A stretch of 64,000 nt of DNA from positions 1 to 64,000 of IMG/VR virus record IMGVR_UViG_3300037424_002485; one strand, given 5' to 3'. Below the pieces are notes generated by a model. The model ran no database searches, had not been told where the DNA came from, and worked only from the letters and a program-made list of their open reading frames with translations. Source of the stretch: a virus (taxonomy: Duplodnaviria > Caudoviricetes). Position 1 is the stretch's first letter. The number at the start of each line of letters is the position of its first letter. A program made the position numbers and the translations under genes. Below, in pieces: positions 37,038 to 46,359 of this stretch.

Positions 37038-37067
37038 TGAGGATGGAACATATTGGAATAAAAATTA

Positions 37068-37283
37068 GTGAAGAAGAGGAGAAATAACAATATGTGGGTG
37101 CTTTTAGTCATTTTATTTACGCATAGTAATTTTACGCATTATAATGTTGGGCTCGTAACGACACAAGAATTTACATCAAAAGAAAAATGTGAAAGAGCTG
37201 TTATGATGATAAATTCTCAGCTTGTATCACACGACATTGGTTCTCCAATCAGAGTTATATCGGCAACTTGTATACAAAAATGA
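37068..37283 (+). CDS. Hypothetical protein
   Basis: MWVLLVIL...EF.SKEKCE...C pattern; AT-rich. Confidence 0.55.
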   Translation: MKKRRNNNMWVLLVILFTHSNFTHYNVGLVTTQEFTSKEKCERAVMMINSQLVSHDIGSPIRVISATCIQK

Positions 37284-37370
37284 GTCTAATATCGGCATGA
37301 GGCTGAGAAAGGGGAAGACTCTTGCAAGGCAAGCCGGGCGGCCTTAGCACCCGCCCGGCAACTATAAATT

Positions 37371-37628
37371 ATGATAAAATCAGCGGCGATAAAAAGAATA
37401 GCTGACGGTAAAATATGGACGGGACGAAACCACGGCGATATCATCCGAACTTTGATCATCGGCGAAGGCGTGGATTATGTAACGCGCGAAAACTTTATTA
37501 AAGGCTTCATTTCCGAAAGCCGAGGTTTTGTCGACAGGAGGCTTGCGATGGCCATAGCCATATGCAGCGGCCAAATAGCAGCCAAAAATTCTCGAGCCGA
37601 ACTGTATTCAGAAATGCTCGTGCTATAA
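37371..37628 (+). CDS. Conserved phage hypothetical protein
   Basis: IKSAAI...GRNHGDII...GFI....FVDRR.AM.IA...GQ......LYSE. Confidence 0.7.
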   Translation: MIKSAAIKRIADGKIWTGRNHGDIIRTLIIGEGVDYVTRENFIKGFISESRGFVDRRLAMAIAICSGQIAAKNSRAELYSEMLVL

Positions 37629-37739
37629 TGCCATCATACTTTTGCTGCGTGTGTGAGAAAATGATTACGATAACCGTTCACGTTAAAAATCCGGCAGCGG
37701 TTGTTTGCGAATCATGTCTGCCAAAAGAGGTGTATAACG

Positions 37740-38258
37740 ATGAAATTAAATCTAGCGAATTGTATAATACTAGCCGCAGTGATGTTGGTTGTTTCTGCAC
37801 CCGCGTGGGCGGTTAATAAAGACGCTGAGGAAAATATACGGTTAATAAAAGCCGTCGCCGAGCAAGTTGGTGTGGAGGCCGCGATCTGTTTGGCTATAGT
37901 CAAGACAGAAAACAGTCGGTTTAGCACGACCGCATTTAATGATAACAAAATCGGACGCGGCCACGCCGACATTAGACAAAGCCACGGCTTGTTCCAACTC
38001 ACCTATGTTACCGGTAAATCGTTCGGCATAAAAAAACGCGGTGACTTATACGATAAAAAGAAAAACGCAGTGGCCGCCATTAAATTCATAAAATATCTGC
38101 TCAACAAATATCCGCATAGTAGCCTCGCTGATATAGCGCAACGTTATAACCTCGGCGAGACTCGATTCCGACGCGGTGCGACGGCACAGGCGTACGCAAA
38201 ACGATTCATGATGTACTATCACGGATATCGGGCCACGCCCGGCGGAGCGATTCGCTGA
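37740..38258 (+). CDS. Lytic transglycosylase (SLT) with N-terminal signal peptide
   Basis: AIVKTENS catalytic Glu, HGLFQL, YNLG; MKLNLANCIILAAVMLVVSAPAWA leader. Confidence 0.85.
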   Translation: MKLNLANCIILAAVMLVVSAPAWAVNKDAEENIRLIKAVAEQVGVEAAICLAIVKTENSRFSTTAFNDNKIGRGHADIRQSHGLFQLTYVTGKSFGIKKRGDLYDKKKNAVAAIKFIKYLLNKYPHSSLADIAQRYNLGETRFRRGATAQAYAKRFMMYYHGYRATPGGAIR

Positions 38259-38443
38259 TGCTAATTATAAAAATAGGCACGCTATGCATACCGATGGCGG
38301 GCAATACAACAACGAACGCCGCTATCAGAAAAGCGAAACGCATGAGTGCTCAGTCGTTTTCAATTTATCGTGCCGAAAAGATATTTACTTTCGCCGCACG
38401 TCGCGGTAAATATATCAACACGACGCCGAAGGTGAATAAATGA
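38258..38443 (+). CDS. Hypothetical basic protein
   Basis: 61 aa, coupled. Confidence 0.45.
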   Translation: MLIIKIGTLCIPMAGNTTTNAAIRKAKRMSAQSFSIYRAEKIFTFAARRGKYINTTPKVNK

Positions 38444-38715
38444 AGCCTATAAAATTTCCGCAAGCGAATACTAACTTAATAAAACCGGACGACATGACGG
38501 ATGAACAATGCGGAGAATTACCGGTATATCGCGGTGCGGCCGAAAACGGTTTTCCCGTATACATCTCGTGTTTTGAACTAGACGAGCAGGAATTACTCGA
38601 CGTGTTGCAAACAAAAAAGATATGGGTTCACGTATACGCGGCCAGTCATCCGCCGATCGCGTTAGATTGTGCCGACCCGTGGAGAAAGAATGATCGTGGA
38701 GAAAAGGAGGCGTGA
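38440..38715 (+). CDS. Conserved phage hypothetical protein
   Basis: MKPIKFPQAN...P.DM..EQCGELPV...ISCFEL...KKIWV...HPPI. Confidence 0.7.
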   Translation: MKPIKFPQANTNLIKPDDMTDEQCGELPVYRGAAENGFPVYISCFELDEQELLDVLQTKKIWVHVYAASHPPIALDCADPWRKNDRGEKEA

Positions 38716-38718
38716 TTA

Positions 38719-39249
38719 ATGTCTATTTGTGTGGGCATAGACCCTGGCATCACCGGCGGCGTCGCCGTACTATACACAACGCGCGGTAGGGCCGTCGTCG
38801 ATACGGTGAGTCTGTACGACACGCCCGTCGAGCAAAAAAAGAAATCGAATGGGAAGAATAAAACCGATTACCTGCCGTCTCAGATGGCCGGTATTTTATC
38901 AGATCATGTCAGCGGTCAGCAGGATGTGCACGCATTTATCGAACAGGTATCGGCTATGCCCGGCCAGGGTGTGACGTCGATGTTTGGTTTCGGTAAAGGC
39001 TACGGTATCTGGATAGGCATACTCGCCGCTCTCGGCGTACCGTACACGTTTGTCACACCGCAGCGCTGGAAGAAAGAACTCATGCAGGGACAGCACGATA
39101 AGGAAGCCGCTGTAGGCCGCGCCCTTCAACTCTATCCGCAGTGCTCGGCAGAGCTAACGGTACGGCGGGGTGCGGTCACTAAACCGCAGGCGCTTGGCCG
39201 AGCCGATGCTCTGCTGATAGCCGAAGCCGGCAGGAGGTGGATGAAATGA
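38719..39249 (+). CDS. RuvC-like Holliday junction resolvase
   Basis: VGIDPGITGGVA, FIEQV, FGFG, TPQRWKK, RADALLIA. Confidence 0.9.
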   Translation: MSICVGIDPGITGGVAVLYTTRGRAVVDTVSLYDTPVEQKKKSNGKNKTDYLPSQMAGILSDHVSGQQDVHAFIEQVSAMPGQGVTSMFGFGKGYGIWIGILAALGVPYTFVTPQRWKKELMQGQHDKEAAVGRALQLYPQCSAELTVRRGAVTKPQALGRADALLIAEAGRRWMK

Positions 39250-39391
39250 CAGTTGATGAATTATTCGACGCATTGCAGAAAGCGCGAAATCTCGGCATGG
39301 GTTATCAGGTCGTCATTGTTTCCCATAACAGCGGTTGTGCAAAAGATGCAGTCGAAGACGTAGTTATAGAAGGCACGCGAGTGTATATTAA

Positions 39392-40468
39392 ATGTTGAAT
39401 TCGATACAACTTCATAATTTCCAAAGCCATCGCGATACGCGTCTCGACTTCGCTGATGGCGTGAACGTGATTATTGGTTCCAGCGATTCGGGAAAGACTG
39501 CCGTTCTGCGCGCTCTCAACTGGGTCGTCAATAACAGGCCCGGCGGCGACGCATTTCGCAGCCGACGGGGCGGCGATACGATAGTTGAAGTCGAATTATC
39601 CGGTATGAGTGTTGTCCGAAAAAAAACAGATAGGGTAAACTCATATCAAATAAGTGCGGGCGGAAAGACAGTAACCGATACGGTCTTTAAAGCGATGGGA
39701 GCCGGTGTTCCTGCTGAGGTGGAAAAAGCACTTGGATTGACCGCTGTCAATATTCAGTATCAACTTGACAGTCCGTTTCTCCTATCCTCCGACTGGAGCC
39801 CCGGTCAGGTTGCCGAATACTTAAACGAAGTCGCCGGGCTCGATGTGATTGACCGCGCCGCCGCCGGTATAAACGCGGTTTGCCGGCGCGTGACGGCGGC
39901 GGCCGACGCCGAATGCACGCGGCTCGCCGACTTGGAAACGCGGCTGGCCGCTCTTGATTATATCGATGCCGCGGAGGCCGCTGTTGCCGACCTGGAAGCC
40001 GGTCAAGCTGAAGCCTCTCGCCAGCGCGGGCGTGAACAAGCCGTAAATAATGCCGTAGCTGATATAATTGGCGTCAGGCAGCAACTCGATGCGGTCGCCG
40101 ATTACAGCGGAGCCGAGCAGGAGATCGACGCGCTAATAGCTATCAATCGGCAGGCCGCTGAATTAACAACAAGTGAATGCGAACTCCGAAAGATTGCAAC
40201 CGAAGCAGGTCTCGTAGCGATCGCCGTCGCCCAACTCCAGCGCACGACGCGAGCCGAACGTTTGGTCAATCATCTCCGGCAGATAGCGAACGAATGTGAG
40301 CAAATAAACAGCCACCGTCAAAGGATCGCGGACGCCCTAGCTGAGGTCGGCAGCGGCAAGCGGGTATTATCGGCCGCACAAAATGAGGTGGTGAGATTAC
40401 AAGCTGACTGGCAACGGCTGGCGCCGGCAGTGTGTCCGCTATGCGCGGGTACGGGGAAACTGAAATGA
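39392..40468 (+). CDS. SbcC/Rad50-like ATPase, N-terminal half (Walker A, coiled coil, Zn hook)
   Basis: LHNFQSH, GSSDSGKT, Q-loop IQYQLD, ends CPLC; no signature or Walker B. Confidence 0.88.
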   Translation: MLNSIQLHNFQSHRDTRLDFADGVNVIIGSSDSGKTAVLRALNWVVNNRPGGDAFRSRRGGDTIVEVELSGMSVVRKKTDRVNSYQISAGGKTVTDTVFKAMGAGVPAEVEKALGLTAVNIQYQLDSPFLLSSDWSPGQVAEYLNEVAGLDVIDRAAAGINAVCRRVTAAADAECTRLADLETRLAALDYIDAAEAAVADLEAGQAEASRQRGREQAVNNAVADIIGVRQQLDAVADYSGAEQEIDALIAINRQAAELTTSECELRKIATEAGLVAIAVAQLQRTTRAERLVNHLRQIANECEQINSHRQRIADALAEVGSGKRVLSAAQNEVVRLQADWQRLAPAVCPLCAGTGKLK

Positions 40469-40863
40469 GTGTCGAAGTCATCGCCGCGCCAGGTGTAATA
40501 GATACCGTGACATTGAAAAAATTGAAGCTATCATTATCGCAGATGATCACGGAAGAGTTTGTCCGTGACGCTGAGGTCTGCGTAATCACCGCACATTTAG
40601 AACGATTAGTTGAATTGCGATTACGCGGATTTTTATGGGCACAGCAAATAGAACAGTTTTCATACCGACAGCCGGAAGACTGGTGGCAAGCGGTCAAGGA
40701 AAGATGGATGCCGGCGTGGGCGCTCAGTCACTGGCCGGTAAAATATACCCGGCATACCGTCGACGTCAAAGCCGTGTACACGAAATTAAATTTATGCCGC
40801 CTGAACGAAGACGCCGTTGTGATTGCAACGGCGGGGATGGTTTACGGGGAGATAAAATGTTAA
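40465..40863 (+). CDS. Hypothetical protein
   Basis: 132 aa, coupled; P..WWQAVKERWMP motif. Confidence 0.65.
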   Translation: MSVEVIAAPGVIDTVTLKKLKLSLSQMITEEFVRDAEVCVITAHLERLVELRLRGFLWAQQIEQFSYRQPEDWWQAVKERWMPAWALSHWPVKYTRHTVDVKAVYTKLNLCRLNEDAVVIATAGMVYGEIKC

Positions 40864-41048
40864 CACCATCGCATATTTTAGTAATGCTTTTCTTTTTTTT
40901 AATTTCGATACATATTTCATGGATAATACAAGGCTATCAATTAAACAAAAGATTTGATGCTGCTGAGGAAATAAATACGTTTTTTGCAGTGCACGCAATA
41001 ATCGGTATGATGATTATGTTTATTTCAATTCTTGATTGTGGTTGTTAA
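40857..41048 (+). CDS. Small membrane protein
   Basis: Two hydrophobic segments; AT-rich. Confidence 0.5.
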   Translation: MLTPSHILVMLFFFLISIHISWIIQGYQLNKRFDAAEEINTFFAVHAIIGMMIMFISILDCGC

Positions 41049-41060
41049 AAGGAGGAGTAT

Positions 41061-41243
41061 ATGATAAAAAGAGCAATTGATGTAGGTACTATTTTGATTA
41101 TTTTATGGGGTCTTAATAAATTTGTAATCGTACCGCTCAATATTTCAGGTACACTGAGCAGCCCTGCTATCATAACCGCACTAATATGCGCGACGATAGC
41201 GTTTCTTACAATAACAATACCATTTATTTTGAGGAGAAAATAA
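41061..41243 (+). CDS. Small membrane protein
   Basis: Two hydrophobic segments, basic C-terminus, AAGGAGGAG RBS. Confidence 0.6.
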   Translation: MIKRAIDVGTILIILWGLNKFVIVPLNISGTLSSPAIITALICATIAFLTITIPFILRRK

Positions 41244-41387
41244 TATGAAAAAGATAGCAGAAAGATTAGAAGGCGTGATTGATGAGCAAATCACTGCGTT
41301 TGAAAACAATCCGGTTAAAACAGGATTGAAGTTTGTGATTTTACTTTTCATTTTGATATGGGTTTGGAAGAAAGTTAAAGAAGCGAT

Positions 41388-41618
41388 ATGACAACGAGTA
41401 AAGATCAGAGTAAGAAAATCAGGCGAGCCGTTCACCAGCAAGCCGCTGCCGTCCGCCAGCAGGTAGCCGTGCAGATCGTAACCGATTTATGCGCGCTACC
41501 CTTCGCCCAGCGGTTAAAATGGGCGGTTAAAATTGTGCGCGGCTTGCGGCTGTCGCCGTGGGAACGCCTCAAACTTCATTTTGCCGGAAGGCGCTGCGAT
41601 GCCAAGACAAACAAATAA
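41388..41618 (+). CDS. Hypothetical basic protein
   Basis: 76 aa. Confidence 0.5.
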   Translation: MTTSKDQSKKIRRAVHQQAAAVRQQVAVQIVTDLCALPFAQRLKWAVKIVRGLRLSPWERLKLHFAGRRCDAKTNK

Positions 41619-42537
41619 ACGCGCCGACGCCATTCTGTCAGCGGACATCCATCTTCGCGACCGCGTGCCCGAATGCCGGCAGCCGGAGGAGTTCTGGGCG
41701 GCACGCGACCGCAAGATGGCGTTCCTCCGCGACTTGCAGGCCGAGCACGGCTGCCCGATACTGGATGCGGGCGACGTATTCGATCGCTGGCAGGTGAGTA
41801 GCGAGCTTGAAGGCTGGGCACTACTCAACTTACCCGCCGGTATTATTACCGTCCCCGGTAATCACGACTTGCCTCAACACAATCTCAGCCTCTACCGCAA
41901 GTCGAGCCTGCACGTACTCGAAGCCGCAGGGCGGGTGAGAGTGTTGCGCGGAGACGCAGACGGCAAAGGTGATTGGGAAACTATTGCAGGCGGAGTCAAG
42001 GTAGTCGGCTTTCCCTACGGCGAACCGTTTCGAGAGATAACTGCTGAGGGTAAACAAATAGCCGTCGTCCACACGTATTGCGCGGAGGCCGTACCCGTGT
42101 TTATTGAAGGCTACACACCCGCGCAGCTTCTCACCGCGCTACCCGGTTACGACTTCATCGTAAGCGGACACAATCACGCCGCGTTTACCCGTGAAGTCGT
42201 TGGCCGCCGTGGTGACAAACGCCTCGTCGTCAATCCGGGCGGTATGATGAGGACGACCGCTGATCAAGCTGACGCGCGGCCCCGCGTATATCTCTGGTAT
42301 GCCGACACGAACACAGTTGACGCCGTATTCTATCCCATAGAGGCCGGTGTCGTCAGCCGCACGCACTTGGAGCGAGTCGAGGAACGCGACGCCCGTATGA
42401 CGGCGTTTGTCAGCAGACTGGGTTCGGACATGGACATTTCGTTATCGTTTGAGGATAATGTCGAAAAGTTTCTCGCCGCGAATAAAATCAGACCAGAAGT
42501 CGGCAAACTCGTGCGGGAGGCAATGAATGTCAATTGA
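41599..42537 (+). CDS. SbcD/Mre11-like nuclease
   Basis: SADIHL, AGDVFD, PGNHD, VHT, SGHNH, NPGGMMR. Confidence 0.9.
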   Translation: MPRQTNKRADAILSADIHLRDRVPECRQPEEFWAARDRKMAFLRDLQAEHGCPILDAGDVFDRWQVSSELEGWALLNLPAGIITVPGNHDLPQHNLSLYRKSSLHVLEAAGRVRVLRGDADGKGDWETIAGGVKVVGFPYGEPFREITAEGKQIAVVHTYCAEAVPVFIEGYTPAQLLTALPGYDFIVSGHNHAAFTREVVGRRGDKRLVVNPGGMMRTTADQADARPRVYLWYADTNTVDAVFYPIEAGVVSRTHLERVEERDARMTAFVSRLGSDMDISLSFEDNVEKFLAANKIRPEVGKLVREAMNVN

Positions 42538-42709
42538 TGTAAAAGAAATGGTAAAAGCAGTAGATGATATGCGAGAAGCGTTGCCAATTATAACGAGATT
42601 TATGCGAGCGTATTATAACGAGCTCATCCTCGCCGGGTTTTGCAAACACGACGCGTTATTGATAGTGATAAATCACGGCGTGTTTCCGGGAGGTGCACTT
42701 GGCAAATGA
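42527..42709 (+). CDS. Hypothetical protein
   Basis: 60 aa; YYNELILAGF...AL. Confidence 0.55.
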   Translation: MSIDVKEMVKAVDDMREALPIITRFMRAYYNELILAGFCKHDALLIVINHGVFPGGALGK

Positions 42710-42884
42710 TCGCAAGCGCATAGAATGGCTCCTGCTCTGCATAACGTCTCCGGACGGCGTTGAGCTGAACGATTGGGAACACGGGTTCGTCGAGAACGTG
42801 GAGAAGCAATTCAAGCAGCGCGGCACGCTCACCGACGGCCAATACGAAAAACTCGAACAGGTTTATGAAAGGCTGACGCAATGA
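42693..42884 (+). CDS. Hypothetical protein
   Basis: LNDWEHGFVENV...LTDGQ..KL pattern. Confidence 0.6.
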   Translation: MHLANDRKRIEWLLLCITSPDGVELNDWEHGFVENVEKQFKQRGTLTDGQYEKLEQVYERLTQ

Positions 42885-42985
42885 AAAATTGGAATTGGCC
42901 GGCAATCGCAACCCTGTTGTTTGTAGCAGCTTTTTGGGCTGCTGTTATTTATTTCATAGCTACACATTTATCGAAAGGATAGCGT

Positions 42986-43222
42986 ATGACCGCGACTATT
43001 GAACAGCTGACTAAAATGAAAGCCCGGATCGATGACGCCCGGCTCACGCAGGCCAAACTCGAAGGCGGTCTCGCCGATAAGATGAAGCGGCTCGCCGAAC
43101 TCGGATTCGCCGACACCGACGCAGCCGAGGCCGAACTCGTTGTGCTCGCCGTCAAAATCGCCGAACTCGACGACCGAGTGGCGCGCGGCGTTGAAGAGTT
43201 GCGGGCAAAGTACGCGTTATGA
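42986..43222 (+). CDS. Small coiled-coil protein (possible third SbcC piece)
   Basis: 78 aa heptad pattern; lies between the sbcD-like gene and the sbcC C-half. Confidence 0.65.
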   Translation: MTATIEQLTKMKARIDDARLTQAKLEGGLADKMKRLAELGFADTDAAEAELVVLAVKIAELDDRVARGVEELRAKYAL

Positions 43223-43391
43223 AAACCCCTGATCGACAAATAATAAAAGTACGTCCTCGTAAATGGTTATACGGGCATCATGCATCTACCGGCTGGATTG
43301 TGCTTGTTGATAATCGTGAAGTGGAGATCGGTTGTACGTTTGTTGAGGCATTACGTACCGTTATTCAATATTATCTCGGGATTAGAAAAAT

Positions 43392-43616
43392 ATGACAGCC
43401 CTGGAGAAATTAGAAATTCAAATCAGAGAAACACCTCTACCCGCACGTCTCCGCTTGTGCTCGGCTATGATAGGCAAGATGTGCGCAGAAGGTAGACCGC
43501 CGCGTATGAGCATTCCGGTACAATGGAATGACGAAGACGTTTTTATCAGCACAACTATCGCGGACGCATTAAAGGAACTCGATGACGACTCAGTCAGTTC
43601 AATCATTACGATATAA
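43392..43616 (+). CDS. Hypothetical protein
   Basis: 74 aa. Confidence 0.5.
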   Translation: MTALEKLEIQIRETPLPARLRLCSAMIGKMCAEGRPPRMSIPVQWNDEDVFISTTIADALKELDDDSVSSIITI

Positions 43617-44265
43617 GCTCGAAAATTTGAAGGGGCAGCGCCAGCAGCTCGCTGCCGACTGCCGGGCGGCTGGCGACCGTATCGTCGGCCTCCAACAGGA
43701 CGCCGTTGACAGTGAAGAGGCCCGCGTTATCATTCAAACAGTAGCACAGCAGACGCAACGCGAACTCGAATATCACATCAGCGAAATAGTCAGCCTTGCG
43801 CTCGCTGCTGTGTTCGACGACCCCTATACGCTCCGCTTGGAATTCGTGCAGCGCCGCAACCGGACGGAAGCCGATATTCTCTTCGAGCGCGACGGCCAGA
43901 CCTATCGACCAGCGGACGCCAGCGGAGGCGGGGCTGTAGACGTAGCCGCGCTCGCCTTGCGCATAGCCATGTGGAGTCTGCGCAGACCGCGGAGCCGAAA
44001 CACGCTTGTCATGGACGAACCCATGAAAATGTTGAGCAAGGATATGATGCCGAAAGCCGCGGCCATGCTTGCCGAAGTCAGCCAGCGGCTCGGCTTGCAA
44101 ATAATAATCGTTTCGCACTCACAGGAATTAATCGAAGGCGCAGATAAATGGTTCACGGTTGCAATAAATAAGGGGGTGTCACATGTCAGTGAAGGCAGCG
44201 CGGCAAATAACAACAGCGGGATTGAGAAGCAACAATCTATGATCGTCCCTCGTAGAAGAAATTAA
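43582..44265 (+). CDS. SbcC/Rad50-like ATPase, C-terminal half (coiled coil, signature, Walker B)
   Basis: ASGGGAVDVAALALR signature, LVMDEP Walker B/D-loop, IIVSH H-loop; no Walker A. Confidence 0.88.
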   Translation: MTTQSVQSLRYKLENLKGQRQQLAADCRAAGDRIVGLQQDAVDSEEARVIIQTVAQQTQRELEYHISEIVSLALAAVFDDPYTLRLEFVQRRNRTEADILFERDGQTYRPADASGGGAVDVAALALRIAMWSLRRPRSRNTLVMDEPMKMLSKDMMPKAAAMLAEVSQRLGLQIIIVSHSQELIEGADKWFTVAINKGVSHVSEGSAANNNSGIEKQQSMIVPRRRN

Positions 44266-44889
44266 ATGAAAAAGAAAAGAAACGTTAAGCGGGCCCATGC
44301 GGTATGGAATAAACATAATCCTGAAAATCCTATTATAAAAGGTGACGGTTATTGTATTCACCATAAAGATGAGAATCCAGAAAATGATTCTCCTGATAAC
44401 TTACAAAAAATGATTCACGGAGAACATAACTCGTTTCATAATAAAGGTAAACAATATTCCCTCGGCATAAAACACACAATGGCAACTCGTAATAAAATGA
44501 GTGCCTCTATGAAAAAACTATGTGTGGGTAAAGGTAATGGGTTTTATGGGAAGCGTCATACTATAGAAACAAAATTAAAAATGTCCAAAATAAGAACTGG
44601 TAAAATAATGACTGAAGAAACAAAACAAAAATTATCTATCGTATTAACAGGGAAAAAACGAACAGACGAAACAAAACAAAAAATAAGTGAGATGCGTAAG
44701 AAAACAGGTAGCCCGTGGTTGTTGGGCACTCATCATACTATGGAAACAAAATTAAAAATATCACTTGCGACTAAAGGGCGTATGCCTTGGAATAAAGGAG
44801 AAAAATTATGCAACGAAGAAGTAAGAAAAAAGATGTCGATATCAGCAAAAGCACGATGTCTAAGAATGAAGTTATTATCAAACAAATAA
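44266..44889 (+). mobile_element. HNH homing endonuclease with NUMOD3 repeats
   Basis: IHHKDENPEND...NL...HNSFH; repeated HT.ETK.KMS modules; AT-rich. Confidence 0.88.
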
Positions 44890-45053
44890 CTGAAATAAGA
44901 ACTAAAAATAATATTGCATGGATGGGTATACTTGCTCTTGCCATAAATAAAGCGCCACGAGAAGCACGGCGACTGATGACGCAGATAACCAAGAACGACA
45001 TGGCCGTCAGCAAGTTGTCGGCGCGCCTCGGCGCCGGCGGACGTAAGAAATGA
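44856..45053 (+). CDS. Hypothetical protein
   Basis: 65 aa, coupled to the spsF-like gene. Confidence 0.55.
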   Translation: MSKNEVIIKQITEIRTKNNIAWMGILALAINKAPREARRLMTQITKNDMAVSKLSARLGAGGRKK

Positions 45054-45865
45054 GCGGAGTTGTAGCCATAATTTGCGCACGCATGGGAAGTTCTCGCCTG
45101 CCCGGTAAAGTACTGAAGCCGTTGCCCGGCGGCCCCGTACTCGGCGTCGTAGTCGATCGGGTTGCCAGCGCGCAGACTGTTGACCGCGTCGTCGTAGCAA
45201 CTACGCTGAGGAAAGCCGACGATCCTATTGTAAACTTTTGCCGCGGACGCGGTATAGACTGCTACAAGGGCAGCGAAGATGATGTTCTCGACCGCGTCTA
45301 TCAGGCCGCCGTCGAGTACGGCGCGGAAATCATCGTAGATATAACTGCGGACTGCCCGCTTGTTGACGGCCGACACATCGACCGAATAGTCAGGGAGTTG
45401 CGCGGCGAGCACGACACCTTCGCCGAAGCCGGTGATTTCAGAGGTTATCCGGATTACGTGTCTAATTGCTGGCAGCGCGAATGGCCGGACGGCTTAGACA
45501 TTCAAGCCTATACTTTCGCCGCGCTCAAGGCGGTTTGGGACAGCCCTGATAGCGTACGCGAACACGTCGGCTGGAATATCGCCCAGCAAGCCGAGAGCCT
45601 GGGTTTTTACCTGCGCCAGATATGCGCGCCGCGTAAATACGCGCATCCCGAGTGGGGTCTCACCCTCGACGAAGCCGCCGACTACGAACTCCTTAAAAAA
45701 TTATTTACAGAAGGCGTACTTGCCGGCGGCGATCATTTGTTTCCCGTCGAGTATATCATTGAATATCTGCTCGAACACCCAGAGATGCTCGACATAAATG
45801 CAGGCATTCGTCGCCACGTGAATTCAAATAACAGGGCCGCACAATTTATAGAGGATACCAGATGA
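45050..45865 (+). CDS. SpsF/PseF-like cytidylyltransferase (CMP-nonulosonate synthetase family)
   Basis: ICARMGSSRLPGKVL, VVVATT, GSEDDVLDR, ITADCPLVD, EHV, LTLDE..DY. Confidence 0.88.
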   Translation: MSGVVAIICARMGSSRLPGKVLKPLPGGPVLGVVVDRVASAQTVDRVVVATTLRKADDPIVNFCRGRGIDCYKGSEDDVLDRVYQAAVEYGAEIIVDITADCPLVDGRHIDRIVRELRGEHDTFAEAGDFRGYPDYVSNCWQREWPDGLDIQAYTFAALKAVWDSPDSVREHVGWNIAQQAESLGFYLRQICAPRKYAHPEWGLTLDEAADYELLKKLFTEGVLAGGDHLFPVEYIIEYLLEHPEMLDINAGIRRHVNSNNRAAQFIEDTR

Positions 45866-46028
45866 TAAAAATAATCGCGGCTTTATTGTGTATGGGCGGG
45901 TTAGTCGGGGTATTGCTGCTTATTGTCCGCTGGAAAGTGCGTTATGAAATCCGAAGGCTTGAACGCCACAACGAAGCGCTCAGGCAAGACGACGAGCAAA
46001 CACAACGAATGATCGATCAGGGCATGCG

Positions 46029-46358
46029 ATGAATATTTGGGCTGTCATAAAAGAGGCGCTTAAAATCGTCACCGCCGAACGGGTTAAGAAAGCCGAGCAG
46101 GCCGAACGCAAGGCTGTCGCCCGAGCGTTTAATGACCGCTACACCTTTCGCCGCGAATGGATAAAGGGTATGCCGGATCTGCCCGGCGAGGGATTGTTTG
46201 GGTTGAAATGCCGGTCGGGTTACGCGTGGATGTGTCCCGACTGTAATAAAATTTATCATCCCTATGAAATAAACGTATTCACCGGATTGCAGTACCCGGC
46301 GTGTTGCGGCACATTTAAAGGCTGCCGATATGAAGCTGGTATAAAGGAGCGCGACTGA
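46029..46358 (+). CDS. Hypothetical Zn-finger protein
   Basis: WMCPDCN...YPACC. Confidence 0.6.
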   Translation: MNIWAVIKEALKIVTAERVKKAEQAERKAVARAFNDRYTFRREWIKGMPDLPGEGLFGLKCRSGYAWMCPDCNKIYHPYEINVFTGLQYPACCGTFKGCRYEAGIKERD

Positions 46359-46359
46359 A

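Noticed and set aside
40469-43581. Group I/II intron or intein separating the two sbcC halves
   Set aside because: The interval is filled with ordinary same-strand genes including sbcD; no RT/maturase or splice features
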